DNA of 64,000 nucleotides from Candidatus Poseidoniaceae archaeon (lineage in GTDB: Archaea > Thermoplasmatota > Poseidoniia > Poseidoniales > Poseidoniaceae), in contig JBJLBB010000003.1 in NCBI GenBank assembly GCA_045568435.1, forward strand, positions 2,509 through 66,508, written 5' to 3'. Shown one piece after another: positions 18,094 to 28,061 of the stretch. Numbering within the stretch: the stretch's first letter is position 1; each line of letters begins with the position of its first letter. The notes under the pieces were generated by a model. The model ran no database searches. It worked only from the letters and a program-made list of their open reading frames with translations, and was not told the DNA's origin. The position numbers were made by a program, and so were the translations under genes.

Positions 18094-20604
18094 TCAGTCT
18101 TCATCGATTAGTTCTGCTTCTATTACTTCATCAGGATATTCCCATGAACGGATGACATATCCAACACCAATCGCTGGTAGTAAGATGAATAGACTCAACA
18201 GAGCCATCAATAAACCGTGTTCAGCAAAAATCGCTCCTAGGGAGGAGAAGAACCCATCGGAACTAGAACTATCTCCTGTATCCTTTGGAGTAATTAGGTT
18301 GACAACAGCCTCTTGATTGTATACGCTTCGAGTGAAAACAAGCAATCCATCCATGGAACTATCATAATCGTCCGATGGAGTTGCAGGGTCTAAGTCTGAA
18401 TAGAAATCCGGCCTTTGTTCAAATGCAATGTCGGTTACAGAATCGAGACTTAGAGTCAAAACAACATCTACTGTATATGGAATTCTAGATTCAAAGAATT
18501 CTTGGTCATCAACAAATCCTAAGAATGTCATTGCTTGACCTGAAACATCAAAACTTGCCCATTGACCCCATTGAGAAGGTTCAACATCCAAGTCATAGTA
18601 CCAAGTATCAGCAATTCTATTACCTTGACCTTGGTCATTACTTCCATCATCTCCTAGATCAATTTCTAATTGAATCGAACCTACTTGTAATGAATCTAGT
18701 TCGAACTCAGTAGCAGTAAACATTGCTTCCAATCTCTCGGTACCATTAGGTATCCAAACATAGTGTGAATCATCGGTGTAATACAAGGAACCAGAATCTC
18801 CGTTATTGAAATGATTCCAGTCACCTTTCCAAGAATGCTTCACCCTGTCAGTATTTAGTTCGATAGTTTTCTCATCAAGCATGGCCTCATAGATTTCCCA
18901 AGCATCCCATACGGTATATTCGGGATGGTCTACAATTCCATTTCCATCTTGGTCTCTCATCAATTCCAGAGTTCTAGCAAGTGCTACTGCCGCATCGACA
19001 TTAGTCAAACCATGGCCTATACGCCAATCATGACATTGTCCAGTATCGCTGAGATAACATTGTTCAGGTATGTCAGAACAGGCATCATCATCATTACCAT
19101 CTTCACAAGAATTAGCCATTCCTTCATAATCAGCGGTCAATTCTAATATCAATTCTAATTCGTGAACTCTGCTAAAGTTTTCTTCGTTCCAGTTCTCATA
19201 TTGACCGTATGCAGCAGTTCCTTCTCCCCCAACTAGGCTATCACCAAAATCATGGTCATCTCTGTGGTAATCTGCAACTCCTAGAGAAGGGGCTATGTCC
19301 AGAATAATACCAGCCATTCCACCAACGTGTGGGGTTGCCATTGATGTTCCTGAGATTGACATGTAGTATAGGTCGCCTTGAAGTTTAGTACTTGCATCTA
19401 TTGCTGTTCCTCTAGGTGCAGTAGCCCAAATGTCTCTTCCTGGCGCCCCAACATCAGGCCATGTGTGCTGTTGATTCATACATCCGCGTGAAGAAAAAGA
19501 AGTTACAGCCGTACCATCATGAGTCAATGCTGCTACAGAAATTGCTGAAGGGGTATTTGCGTATACATTGGTCTTGAGTCCTCCAGAACATTCGCCTCCA
19601 TTTCCACCAGAATTAGAAGCGGCGAAAATCACTGCAACTCCATTGTCATAGGTCAGCATATCAGTCATCTGTGCAATTACTCCATTCGGGTCATAATCGC
19701 CATCGGTCCCCCAAGAATTTGAGACTACTCTTATGTGATGTTGATTTTGATTAGGTACTGAGTGTGAATATGTCCATTCAAGTCCTTGCTCAGCAGCGAA
19801 GATAGAAGCGCCATCACCAGTTCCCAGTGCTACCATTTGTCCTCCTTTAGCCACACCTGCTCTTCTACCAGCAGAAGCATCACCATTTCCAGCGATAGTT
19901 CCGCCAACGTGAGTTCCGTGCCCAGAAGATGTATCTGAATTACGAGTTTCAGTCCAAATTCCATCCCACTTGGCAGAATAGATTACTTTGTCACCAGTCC
20001 AAGGTTCAAGGTAATCAAAATCAGGATGTCCTGCATCGACTCCAGTATCTAAATCTACGATTGCAGTTCCATCTCCATCCCATTCGCTGAATTTTTGGTC
20101 AGTTTCATATTCGATATCTCCTGAAGGAGAAATAATCACTCGATCCCAAGTATCGGTAGCCTTGACCACGTGAGTGGTCTCATGCATCAAAACCCCAACA
20201 TCAGGAGATGGCTCTCCACCCCACTCAGATGGTAGGTAAAAGAAATCCAGAACTCTGTCTAATTCTAGATACTCGATACGGTCCCAAGTCGAGATTATTC
20301 TAATATCTCTAATCGATGCTTCAATCAGCCCACCATCTACTAAGGGCGCTTCACCAAGAACAGTTGCTCCAAGATTTTCTAGTGATTCTAAATCCTCCGC
20401 AGTTACTTCAGAATTAAGTTGGAAAATAACGGGAACTATGTCTTCTTCAGATGAACTACTCAAAGAATCACGTAGAGATTTATCCATCTTTTCATAATCG
20501 CCCATTGGATTAAGGCCGTCAACAAGAGGCGCTGCAGTGGCACCAATCATCAACATTTGAATCGCCAAGGCAGCGAAAAATGTCATATTAAGTCTGGAAG
20601 ACAT
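18094..20604 (-). CDS. Secreted subtilisin-like serine protease (S8) with C-terminal TM anchor
   Basis: Catalytic triad motifs DTGVDAGHPDF, HGTHVGGTIAGNG and GTSMATPHVGGMAGI. Signal peptide. C-terminal hydrophobic helix. Start chosen at MSSRLNMTFF (20604) rather than the ORF-track 20679. Confidence 0.85.
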   Translation of the reverse strand: MSSRLNMTFFAALAIQMLMIGATAAPLVDGLNPMGDYEKMDKSLRDSLSSSSEEDIVPVIFQLNSEVTAEDLESLENLGATVLGEAPLVDGGLIEASIRDIRIISTWDRIEYLELDRVLDFFYLPSEWGGEPSPDVGVLMHETTHVVKATDTWDRVIISPSGDIEYETDQKFSEWDGDGTAIVDLDTGVDAGHPDFDYLEPWTGDKVIYSAKWDGIWTETRNSDTSSGHGTHVGGTIAGNGDASAGRRAGVAKGGQMVALGTGDGASIFAAEQGLEWTYSHSVPNQNQHHIRVVSNSWGTDGDYDPNGVIAQMTDMLTYDNGVAVIFAASNSGGNGGECSGGLKTNVYANTPSAISVAALTHDGTAVTSFSSRGCMNQQHTWPDVGAPGRDIWATAPRGTAIDASTKLQGDLYYMSISGTSMATPHVGGMAGIILDIAPSLGVADYHRDDHDFGDSLVGGEGTAAYGQYENWNEENFSRVHELELILELTADYEGMANSCEDGNDDDACSDIPEQCYLSDTGQCHDWRIGHGLTNVDAAVALARTLELMRDQDGNGIVDHPEYTVWDAWEIYEAMLDEKTIELNTDRVKHSWKGDWNHFNNGDSGSLYYTDDSHYVWIPNGTERLEAMFTATEFELDSLQVGSIQLEIDLGDDGSNDQGQGNRIADTWYYDLDVEPSQWGQWASFDVSGQAMTFLGFVDDQEFFESRIPYTVDVVLTLSLDSVTDIAFEQRPDFYSDLDPATPSDDYDSSMDGLLVFTRSVYNQEAVVNLITPKDTGDSSSSDGFFSSLGAIFAEHGLLMALLSLFILLPAIGVGYVIRSWEYPDEVIEAELIDED

Positions 20605-20635
20605 GTTTGACGGTAGAACCCATCCTTCAAATGCC

Positions 20636-21106
20636 TTATTCTTTGATGTTCTTATCTGGGGCGGGCTTAGCAAAGCCATCCTCTTTGACAGTATTTAGAA
20701 CTACGTGGGTAAAAGAACGGGTTACTCCTTCTAAGGTAAAAACAGTCTTTGTCAAGTCATCTAGGTCGGCTCTGTCCCTCACTCTTGCTAGTACCATTGA
20801 ATCCCAATCTCCAGTGACATCATAGACCGAGAAGACTCTAGAGTCGGCAGCTATTTTCTGTTGAACATCGATCATTTTTCCCTTGGATATACATAATCCA
20901 GCCATTATTGTCATAGTCCAACCAACACTTTCAGGGTTAAGCACTACGCTATATCCATTGATTACTCCACTACTTTCCAATCGCTTGAGGCGGTTGGTAA
21001 TGGTGCCTTGAGCAACTCCAACAATTCTAGATAATTCTCTTTGACTCGCTCTTGAATCTTTTAGGAGGGCTTGAAGAATTGCACGGTCGGTATCATCAAG
21101 TTCCAT
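20636..21106 (-). CDS. lrp: Lrp/AsnC family transcriptional regulator
   Basis: HTH region DRAILQALLKDSRASQRELSRIVGVAQGTITNRLKRLE with a C-terminal RAM domain. Confidence 0.9.
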   Translation of the reverse strand: MELDDTDRAILQALLKDSRASQRELSRIVGVAQGTITNRLKRLESSGVINGYSVVLNPESVGWTMTIMAGLCISKGKMIDVQQKIAADSRVFSVYDVTGDWDSMVLARVRDRADLDDLTKTVFTLEGVTRSFTHVVLNTVKEDGFAKPAPDKNIKE

Positions 21107-21155
21107 ATCAGCACCACTATTCGGTAAATCTTCTAATTCTTCAACACTTCGACTA

Positions 21156-22319
21156 TTATTCTTTAACGCTAGTACTGTCCATCATGAGATATTGCGTCCA
21201 AGCCCCGAGTTCTTCAACTTCTAATTGAATTCCAATCTGGCATCCAACAGGCTCTTTTTGTTTGAATCGAACTTCAATATTGACATTTTGTTCTGGCTCA
21301 ATGAATCTACTTTTGGGATTATTTTTCATCTTCCAAGGAGCATCTACTTTGATAGATTTAATCTCCATACGTTGAGAAAAAGATTGAACTTCAATAATTA
21401 GAGTTGTATCATTTTTCCATGCTGAAGAAATTCTAGGCATGCCTTTTTCATTCCTAAATGATTGTGAGACAAGTGCATAGCAAATAATGATTAATAACAC
21501 TCCAATTAAAGCAGGAATATAGAATGATGAAGAATCAACATTTTGTGATTTTATCGGTAAGTCAAAGTGGTGTAATGAGAGTAATTGTTCGGTGCCATTA
21601 TCACTTTCAATCCCGCCAAAGAAGGCCATTGTCATCTGCCATCCATATGGGTCTTGTTTTAGATCAACTCCTGCAGCCTCAAGATTTTCAGAATTAATTA
21701 TCCACTCAACTTCAGTGGTATTTTCTGCCTTAATTCCAAATCCAACTTCAGGTTCCATATCGTAAATCAAGTTACTAACATCTCTACCATGATGGTCAAT
21801 CGCATTTTTTTGACTTAAGAAAATATACAGTAAGGTGTCATCGGTTAAATTAACCAAAGGCGTCATTTTTATCGGCATCCGGATATACCAGGTTTCAGTA
21901 TCCCCTTCGGCAATAATCAATTCTCCAGTCAGGTCAATGATTGGCATTGAATCGATGATTTTAGAGGAATTATTGCTAGCATCACTTTCCATCAAGTGTT
22001 GATTGGAGTAAGAGATAGATTCAAAGGATTCATTTAATTCTAGGTCGTAAATATTAGCACGAGATTTGGCATCATCATCAGGCCAATTAGAATTTGTTTG
22101 GTCACTCCAAGACCACCATGAGAGAGTTATTGCATCCTCGTCTTGCGTACAATTTTTGTCACTTGTATCCATTTCAATAAAACATTCATGTAAAATTGTT
22201 GATGCTGATTCAGCACTTGGAATATCTATTCTTGCATGGGCAATATAATTTTCATCCTCAGCACTTATCGAGGGAATAACCAATATTGCAATAACTAGCA
22301 AGATGACTATTTTTTTCAT
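21156..22319 (-). CDS. Hypothetical secreted protein with C-terminal TM anchor
   Basis: Signal peptide MKKIVILLVIAILVIPSISA. C-terminal TM FYIPALIGVLLIIICYALV. No domain recognised. Confidence 0.5.
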   Translation of the reverse strand: MKKIVILLVIAILVIPSISAEDENYIAHARIDIPSAESASTILHECFIEMDTSDKNCTQDEDAITLSWWSWSDQTNSNWPDDDAKSRANIYDLELNESFESISYSNQHLMESDASNNSSKIIDSMPIIDLTGELIIAEGDTETWYIRMPIKMTPLVNLTDDTLLYIFLSQKNAIDHHGRDVSNLIYDMEPEVGFGIKAENTTEVEWIINSENLEAAGVDLKQDPYGWQMTMAFFGGIESDNGTEQLLSLHHFDLPIKSQNVDSSSFYIPALIGVLLIIICYALVSQSFRNEKGMPRISSAWKNDTTLIIEVQSFSQRMEIKSIKVDAPWKMKNNPKSRFIEPEQNVNIEVRFKQKEPVGCQIGIQLEVEELGAWTQYLMMDSTSVKE

Positions 22320-22320
22320 T

Positions 22321-24099
22321 TCATTCACCCTTTTTAGTTTCAAACTCAATACCAAGTTTTGCTCTAAGTATGTCTCTTTCAAGTGTATTTATCATCAAAC
22401 TAACTCTTACTCCAGCCCATGCAGAAATAAGAGAACTTGAACCTTTAAGTTCACAAGTCAACAGTAGAGGGCCTTCATTCAAATCCTCTAAATCTAGTGT
22501 TTCTTGGAACTCTTCAACAGTTGGAACCCAGCCTTCTAACATTTTTATCGCGATATCTTTTTCCACTTCGATACAAGTCTCACCCAAGTCATATTCCAGT
22601 GCAGGAATCGCTTCCTGTCTTGTCCTCCAAGTCCCTTTATTGTTAACAAAAGTAGGCATACCTACATGAATCAATTTCAGTGGATGAAATGTTCCTTCAG
22701 GCCACAAATCACCCCTTTTATTTGGACACACACGATTGTATAATCTATCGACAACAGATTTCGGTGCAATGTTTAATCGCTTCCCACGGCTCCACCAAGA
22801 CCATTTTTCGGCATCGATTTGATATGATTGTGAGATTTGTTTTACAGTTTCTTCATCAGCCAAGAAAACCGAATGTCGATTTGGTCTTGGTTTTTCCATA
22901 AGTTTTGGTTCCCATGTTGAACCAGGAATCGGTTTTCGCTTTGGAATGTAAGCCTTAGCAATACCTTCAGGAGTAGATTCGGGCTTATGTCTAAATATTG
23001 CAACAAAGAAACCTCCTGTATCATTGTCAGTATGGTACAACCTACGACACTTGATGAGGTCTTGAGAAATATTATTCTCTAATTTGGAATTGAATTCAGC
23101 ATCAAATTTAACTCTATCATCATAGCATAAATGTTTGATTTTCAAATTGGGAAGTCTTGGTAGTTCATCACTTAAATCCACCCTATCTCCACTTTCATCG
23201 AGAATATTCCACTGCCTAAGTCCCGGTTTCATTATCAGTCCTGCGACTAGATTTTCATCTATTTCTATCAATTCAAGCCATGGGCACTGTCTCAGAATTT
23301 CAGCAACAACAGCTTCATTTTCACATGGATCAATGCTACAGGTTGAATAAACTAATTTCCCATCCGGCCTCAATAATTTAGCACCTCTTTCCACAATCGA
23401 TACTTGTAGTTCGAATAATCCTCTACTAGACTTAGGGGTCCATTTCTTCCAAATTTTACGATTCTTACGAGTTGTAGCAGTCCCTGTACATGGCACATCG
23501 GTAATAACAGCGTCAAATCCTGGCGGGGGAATTCGACCAATATGCCTACCATCTTGTTGATTTATCAAAATATTTGGTAATGCAAGCCTTGCTCGATTTG
23601 AAATTAGCATATTGGCTCTACCGGAAACTGGCTCATTGGCGATAACGAAACCTTCAGGAAATATTTTTTCTGCAAGTTGAGTGGTTTTTGAGCCCGGCGC
23701 CGCACAAAGGTCTAGAATCATTTCACCGTCTTTTGGATTGAGCAATTCTACAGGTAGCATACTTGCAGCCTCTTGGCGAGTAATTCTTCCTGAGTCATGT
23801 AATATTGTCAAAATTCTCTTACTGTAGCCTTCTGGAACTTTACCTCTGGTAAAAGGCATTTGCCAAGCACTATTGTTCGGCATCCAAGCAATCGGCTTAG
23901 CGCCCATCTTTTCTAATTCTGAAATGGTCCAATCTCTATCTTTACGAGAGGTTGTGACTCTAAGTGTTTCAGGAAGAGGTGACGTTGTCGTATTTACCCA
24001 TGATTCAAGTTCCAATCCTAGTTCCAAAGCCAATTTGGTCAAGCATGAACCTCTCGATATTTCATCGAGGTCTTCTTCCTCCCAACCAGCATTGGCCAT
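22321..24099 (-). CDS. NOL1/NOP2/Sun-family RNA cytosine-C5 methyltransferase
   Basis: SAM motif LDLCAAPGSKT, motif IV DAVITDVPCTGTATTRKN, motif VI YSTCSIDPCENE. About 250-aa C-terminal extension. Confidence 0.85.
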   Translation of the reverse strand: MANAGWEEEDLDEISRGSCLTKLALELGLELESWVNTTTSPLPETLRVTTSRKDRDWTISELEKMGAKPIAWMPNNSAWQMPFTRGKVPEGYSKRILTILHDSGRITRQEAASMLPVELLNPKDGEMILDLCAAPGSKTTQLAEKIFPEGFVIANEPVSGRANMLISNRARLALPNILINQQDGRHIGRIPPPGFDAVITDVPCTGTATTRKNRKIWKKWTPKSSRGLFELQVSIVERGAKLLRPDGKLVYSTCSIDPCENEAVVAEILRQCPWLELIEIDENLVAGLIMKPGLRQWNILDESGDRVDLSDELPRLPNLKIKHLCYDDRVKFDAEFNSKLENNISQDLIKCRRLYHTDNDTGGFFVAIFRHKPESTPEGIAKAYIPKRKPIPGSTWEPKLMEKPRPNRHSVFLADEETVKQISQSYQIDAEKWSWWSRGKRLNIAPKSVVDRLYNRVCPNKRGDLWPEGTFHPLKLIHVGMPTFVNNKGTWRTRQEAIPALEYDLGETCIEVEKDIAIKMLEGWVPTVEEFQETLDLEDLNEGPLLLTCELKGSSSLISAWAGVRVSLMINTLERDILRAKLGIEFETKKGE

Positions 24100-24137
24100 G
24101 ACTGTCGGTCTGCTATCTTCTCTATCTTGCTTCCGCC

Positions 24138-25535
24138 ATGCTCAAGGGCTTTCGCCCGCTAGAATCGAATATGCTGGGGGATACTGCGCCATTGCTTTTC
24201 CCAATTTTGCTTTTACTTCTAGTCGGATGGCTTTTACCTTCAAAAATAGAATCTTATAGCCAAAAATTCTCTCAACCAGTGAGTAAAGCAATTGTAAATA
24301 CATACAGATTTGGTCCTTTAGTTGTGGTTGGTGTGATGATATTAAATCGGATAAAAACCATTGTACAGAGAGATACAACTTATTTAGAAGTCGCTCAAAA
24401 ACTTGGCCCTGGTAACTTTGAATTTTCCGATTTGAGTTTATTGGTCACCGGAGATGGCTCTTCTGAATTGATACTTTTGGGCCTGATTTCTTTTGCCTTA
24501 CTCAGCCATAAATTGCCTAGTATCAAAAGTTCAAGTATTGAAATAAAAAGACTAGTTCAATTTAGAATAATGTCATATATTTCTTTTTGTGCCTTAGTTT
24601 CATACTGGATTTTATTCCCCGAATCATCTTACTATTCACCAGATTCATTACCATTACAAACGACAAATTCGTCAAGTGGAGAGTATTCTTGGCTTTTTGT
24701 AATAATGACTGGATTAATGATTTTAGTTAGTAGCGAACTATTCGCAGTAACTACAATTCCACTAACCGATAGAGGGTTGAGTATATTATCGAAAAGAACC
24801 AAATTAAAAATGTATTTTATTTTACCATTGATGATATACTTAATATCCAATTCTATTCAATCAACTAACTCTTGGTGGATCAATATTTCTCAGGATGGTT
24901 CATTTGCCATGGTTCTATTTTTCTTATCACATTCCATCGGACTAATCTTTATTTCAGTCCCTGCTAAATCGATTGAAGCCAATCTTCAACATGGTCAAGG
25001 GAGAAGTAAATCATTGACTTTTCAACTAATTCTAAATTGTATTTTACTATTCATCATTACGGCTTATTATCTTAGAAGCTCTGAACCTTTTGACCAAGGT
25101 AATGGATACCTTTTACAATCTACCTGGCTGGTGATTGGAATGGTTATTTGTATGGCGATTTCCCTCATGTTACCCACTTTTGGCTTTGACGGGGCATCTA
25201 GGCCAGAATTATGGTGGCTTAGGATGTCACTGATTTTTGCTCCTAGTATTCTTTTCATGATTACACCCTTTGCAGTATTTTTATTGCCAGCGAGTTGGAT
25301 ATTACTAGCAATTAGTATCATACAACCATGGTATATCGAAACAGATGTAAAATCACCATCACTTTTTACAACACTACTTCCATTGCTTGGATTGATTATA
25401 GGAACCCTTATTTTTTCGTTTTCGACAGATTGGCCAATAATGAGTTTCATTGTAGTCGGTTGGCTATTAGTTTTATTTTCCAGCAAGAGTATTGAAATTC
25501 ATATCAAACAACTGAAATCGGTAGAAATGATTTGA
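24138..25535 (+). CDS. Polytopic membrane protein, unknown function
   Basis: About 12 predicted TM helices throughout. Confidence 0.5.
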   Translation: MLKGFRPLESNMLGDTAPLLFPILLLLLVGWLLPSKIESYSQKFSQPVSKAIVNTYRFGPLVVVGVMILNRIKTIVQRDTTYLEVAQKLGPGNFEFSDLSLLVTGDGSSELILLGLISFALLSHKLPSIKSSSIEIKRLVQFRIMSYISFCALVSYWILFPESSYYSPDSLPLQTTNSSSGEYSWLFVIMTGLMILVSSELFAVTTIPLTDRGLSILSKRTKLKMYFILPLMIYLISNSIQSTNSWWINISQDGSFAMVLFFLSHSIGLIFISVPAKSIEANLQHGQGRSKSLTFQLILNCILLFIITAYYLRSSEPFDQGNGYLLQSTWLVIGMVICMAISLMLPTFGFDGASRPELWWLRMSLIFAPSILFMITPFAVFLLPASWILLAISIIQPWYIETDVKSPSLFTTLLPLLGLIIGTLIFSFSTDWPIMSFIVVGWLLVLFSSKSIEIHIKQLKSVEMI

Positions 25536-25596
25536 AATCATCGTTCTAAGCACCTAAACCGTCGCGCTTCTTATTAGTGAATAGGGAGACCTGTGT

Positions 25597-25986
25597 TTGA
25601 AGTCAATGACTTCAAGGGATGGGACCCTAATGACTAGAGCATTTAGAGATGGAATAGAAAATAAAAGAAAGATAAGAGCCCCAGTTCGTATGAGAACTTG
25701 GAATCCAATCAAAGATTTGAGAGGATTGAAAGCAAGAACTACAGTTACTGGTAGCCAGATGGGGCCATTAGTCGATGTTCCAGCAATGATTAGAATTGAA
25801 AATGAGCATTGGGTATTTGAGCGAATCGAAGATGGTGTTTTGAAAAATTTAACACATCGATTAATTGTTCACGATTCTGAAGGAGGAAAAACTCTTGGAG
25901 CAACTAAAGACCTCAAAACAGCAATGCAAGTAGCTCAACGAATGGCTACAAAAGAAAATAAGATCATTATGATTAAACCACTTTGA
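25597..25986 (+). CDS. Hypothetical protein
   Basis: 129-aa ORF, basic N-terminus, no motif recognised. Confidence 0.4.
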   Translation: MKSMTSRDGTLMTRAFRDGIENKRKIRAPVRMRTWNPIKDLRGLKARTTVTGSQMGPLVDVPAMIRIENEHWVFERIEDGVLKNLTHRLIVHDSEGGKTLGATKDLKTAMQVAQRMATKENKIIMIKPL

Positions 25987-25994
25987 TTATTTAA

Positions 25995-26195
25995 TCAAAA
26001 CAGGTTCCAAATTGCACTTACTACACCTTGGTTTACAAGGTAAAAGAAGGTTCCAATCAAGATACATGCAGCGTATACTTGGAAGGGTGTAATTTTCCAA
26101 GCATCCTCAGATTCTTCATCGAAATATCTAATCAAACCAGCCGCTTGCTGGATTCCACTTCCTTCGGATTTCTTCTTAGATGCCATTTGGACCAT
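25995..26195 (-). CDS. secG: Preprotein translocase subunit Sec61-beta (SecG, archaeal)
   Basis: GLIRYFDEESE...KITP followed by a single C-terminal TM helix. 66 aa. Confidence 0.8.
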   Translation of the reverse strand: MVQMASKKKSEGSGIQQAAGLIRYFDEESEDAWKITPFQVYAACILIGTFFYLVNQGVVSAIWNLF

Positions 26196-26255
26196 TCCTC
26201 CCGAGTAGCCCCCCCTTTATCAACGCGACGCGGGCTAGAATAATGTTAAAATCAA

Positions 26256-27197
26256 TTATTCTTGTTCAGATTCAAAGGTTAAATCGATTAAAGGAATGTC
26301 TTCATTTAAGGGTACAGAATCAATTTGGTTGATTGAATCAATGTCTACTTCTGAATTTTCTTGGCTATCAATTGTAATTTCAGAAATGATAATTCTTTCT
26401 TTGTTTACATCCTCCAATGATTCATTTTCATGAACTCCAGTTTCTGGGTCCGCTTCTATCAAAGAAGCCTCGATTCTAGCAATTGCTCTTTCTACAGCAG
26501 GGGCATTGTTATCGGCCAACGCCCCTTTTGCTAACTCCAAATCAAACTCTGCGGCAGCAAGCGAAACCCCTGCCTTTTCCTTATCCCAATATTCCGTTGA
26601 TTGATTGATTTTTACTTTTTGAGATACCTTTTCAGTCGCATCTTTCATCACCTGAATAATTTCTTTGAATCTTTGATTTGAGTAATCAATAAGTTCTAGC
26701 CAAGAATTTTGATTCGTCTTTTCATCTAAATTTGGATATTTTCTTTTTATCCACTTACGTGCAGAACTTAGATGTTTGAACTCCCATGGCTTATAGGGTA
26801 GTGAAGAAGTCAAATCATATACAATCCTACTTCTGAGATTTATTGGGCCTTCGAGTATGATGGTGTTTAGATATCCCGAATTGAAAAGCCCCAAACCCCA
26901 GTAGGAGTCTGAAGTGATCTTAATTTTCATTTGACCACTAGTGGTTTCTAAAGACCATTTCTGCTCATTGTAGGAAGGTGGTACTGTGAACATAGGCGTT
27001 TCAGGATTTTCTAAAAGAGAAATAAGAGTGCTTGTCACATTACCAAGATAGACCACTTTACTGGCGGAAGGGAAGTGCTTGGTACGCAGAAGAAAATTAG
27101 TTTCATCCATTTTATGCTCAGCCTTTGCACTTCGTACCTGGCAAATAAGAATCGAGGTTTGACCCATGTCTTCTGCCGCCATGATTCGGGGTGTCAT
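26256..27197 (-). CDS. Hypothetical protein with acidic C-terminus
   Basis: 313-aa ORF with coding-like composition and no recognisable domain. Confidence 0.45.
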   Translation of the reverse strand: MTPRIMAAEDMGQTSILICQVRSAKAEHKMDETNFLLRTKHFPSASKVVYLGNVTSTLISLLENPETPMFTVPPSYNEQKWSLETTSGQMKIKITSDSYWGLGLFNSGYLNTIILEGPINLRSRIVYDLTSSLPYKPWEFKHLSSARKWIKRKYPNLDEKTNQNSWLELIDYSNQRFKEIIQVMKDATEKVSQKVKINQSTEYWDKEKAGVSLAAAEFDLELAKGALADNNAPAVERAIARIEASLIEADPETGVHENESLEDVNKERIIISEITIDSQENSEVDIDSINQIDSVPLNEDIPLIDLTFESEQE

Positions 27198-27277
27198 TCA
27201 ATCTTCATCAATCCACCTACTTGACATAAAGATATAGTGGAAGAGTTCAAGAAAGGAAGCCTTCTTGCATGTAATAG

Positions 27278-27837
27278 GTGGATAGTATGGCTTCACAGAC
27301 AAAGGCTTCCAAGATAGAAAAATTGACTGCACTACCAGGAGTAGGGGCAGCCACTGCTAAGAAATTAGTAGATGCTAAACTAGATACAGTATCCAAAGTT
27401 GCTTCAGCGGGCGCAACAAAACTGATTAAAGCAGGTATTAACGCTGCAGTAGCTAAAAAAATCGCTACGGCTGCAAAGAATGCAGACAAGGCAAAATCAG
27501 CAGTCAAGGCAACAGCTTCCAAGGCTAAGGCAGCCGCTAAGAAAGCCCAGCAAAAGCCAAGGCAAAAGCCAAGGCAACAGCGTCCAAGGCCAAAGCAGCC
27601 GCTAAGAAAGCCCCAGCAAAAGCCAAGGCAACAGCTTCCAAGGCTAAGGCAGCCGCTAAGAAAGCCCCAGCAAAAGCCAAGGCAACAGCGTCCAAGGCCA
27701 AAGCAGTAGCCAAAAATTTGGCAAAAAGCACCAAACCAAAATCTGCAGAAGCACCTTCAAAAGATCGTAAGAAGATCGGACCTTCAAGTAAAACCCCACT
27801 TTCAAAAATGTCTTGGTTTAAGAATTTGAAGAAATAA
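27278..27837 (+). CDS. Helix-hairpin-helix DNA-binding protein with histone-H1-like Lys/Ala-rich repeat tail (frameshifted as sequenced near 27546-27548)
   Basis: HhH motif LTALPGVGAATAKKLV. Four 54-bp tandem units encode KATASKAKAAAKKAPAKA. The first unit has CCC where later units have CCCC, which throws the ORF-track frame into a PQR-rich artefact. The shifted frame continues KA-rich to the stop at 27837. Confidence 0.6.
27509..27715. repeat. 54-bp tandem repeats (4 units) encoding KA-rich tail
   Basis: Units start at 27509, 27574, 27628 and 27682 (gcaacagc[t/g]tccaagg...). Confidence 0.85.
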
Positions 27838-27878
27838 TATTACGAATTGTTCAAAGACCGCTTAGAAAAGTAGTCTCC

Positions 27879-28061
27879 ATGCCTCGAAGGAAGTATGGCC
27901 GATTAAGAAAAACGGTCGAACTTCCACCCAAAGAGAATTGTTCTCGCTGTCGTTCAGGTAAATTCTGCCCAATAATAGGGCATATGGGCCAAGAAGTCAA
28001 ACCACGTAGAGAGTGGATTGGCCCAGATAAAATTTCCAAGCGTAAAGCTAAGAGAAATTAA
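27879..28061 (+). CDS. Small basic zinc-ribbon-like protein
   Basis: 60 aa, CSRCRSGKFCPIIGH (C-x2-C-x5-C-x4-H), K/R-rich. Confidence 0.35.
   Translation: MPRRKYGRLRKTVELPPKENCSRCRSGKFCPIIGHMGQEVKPRREWIGPDKISKRKAKRN

Noticed and set aside
27247-27734. Ala-rich minus-strand ORFs (91 and 65 aa)
   Set aside because: Antisense artefacts of the GCN-rich KA-repeat coding region.
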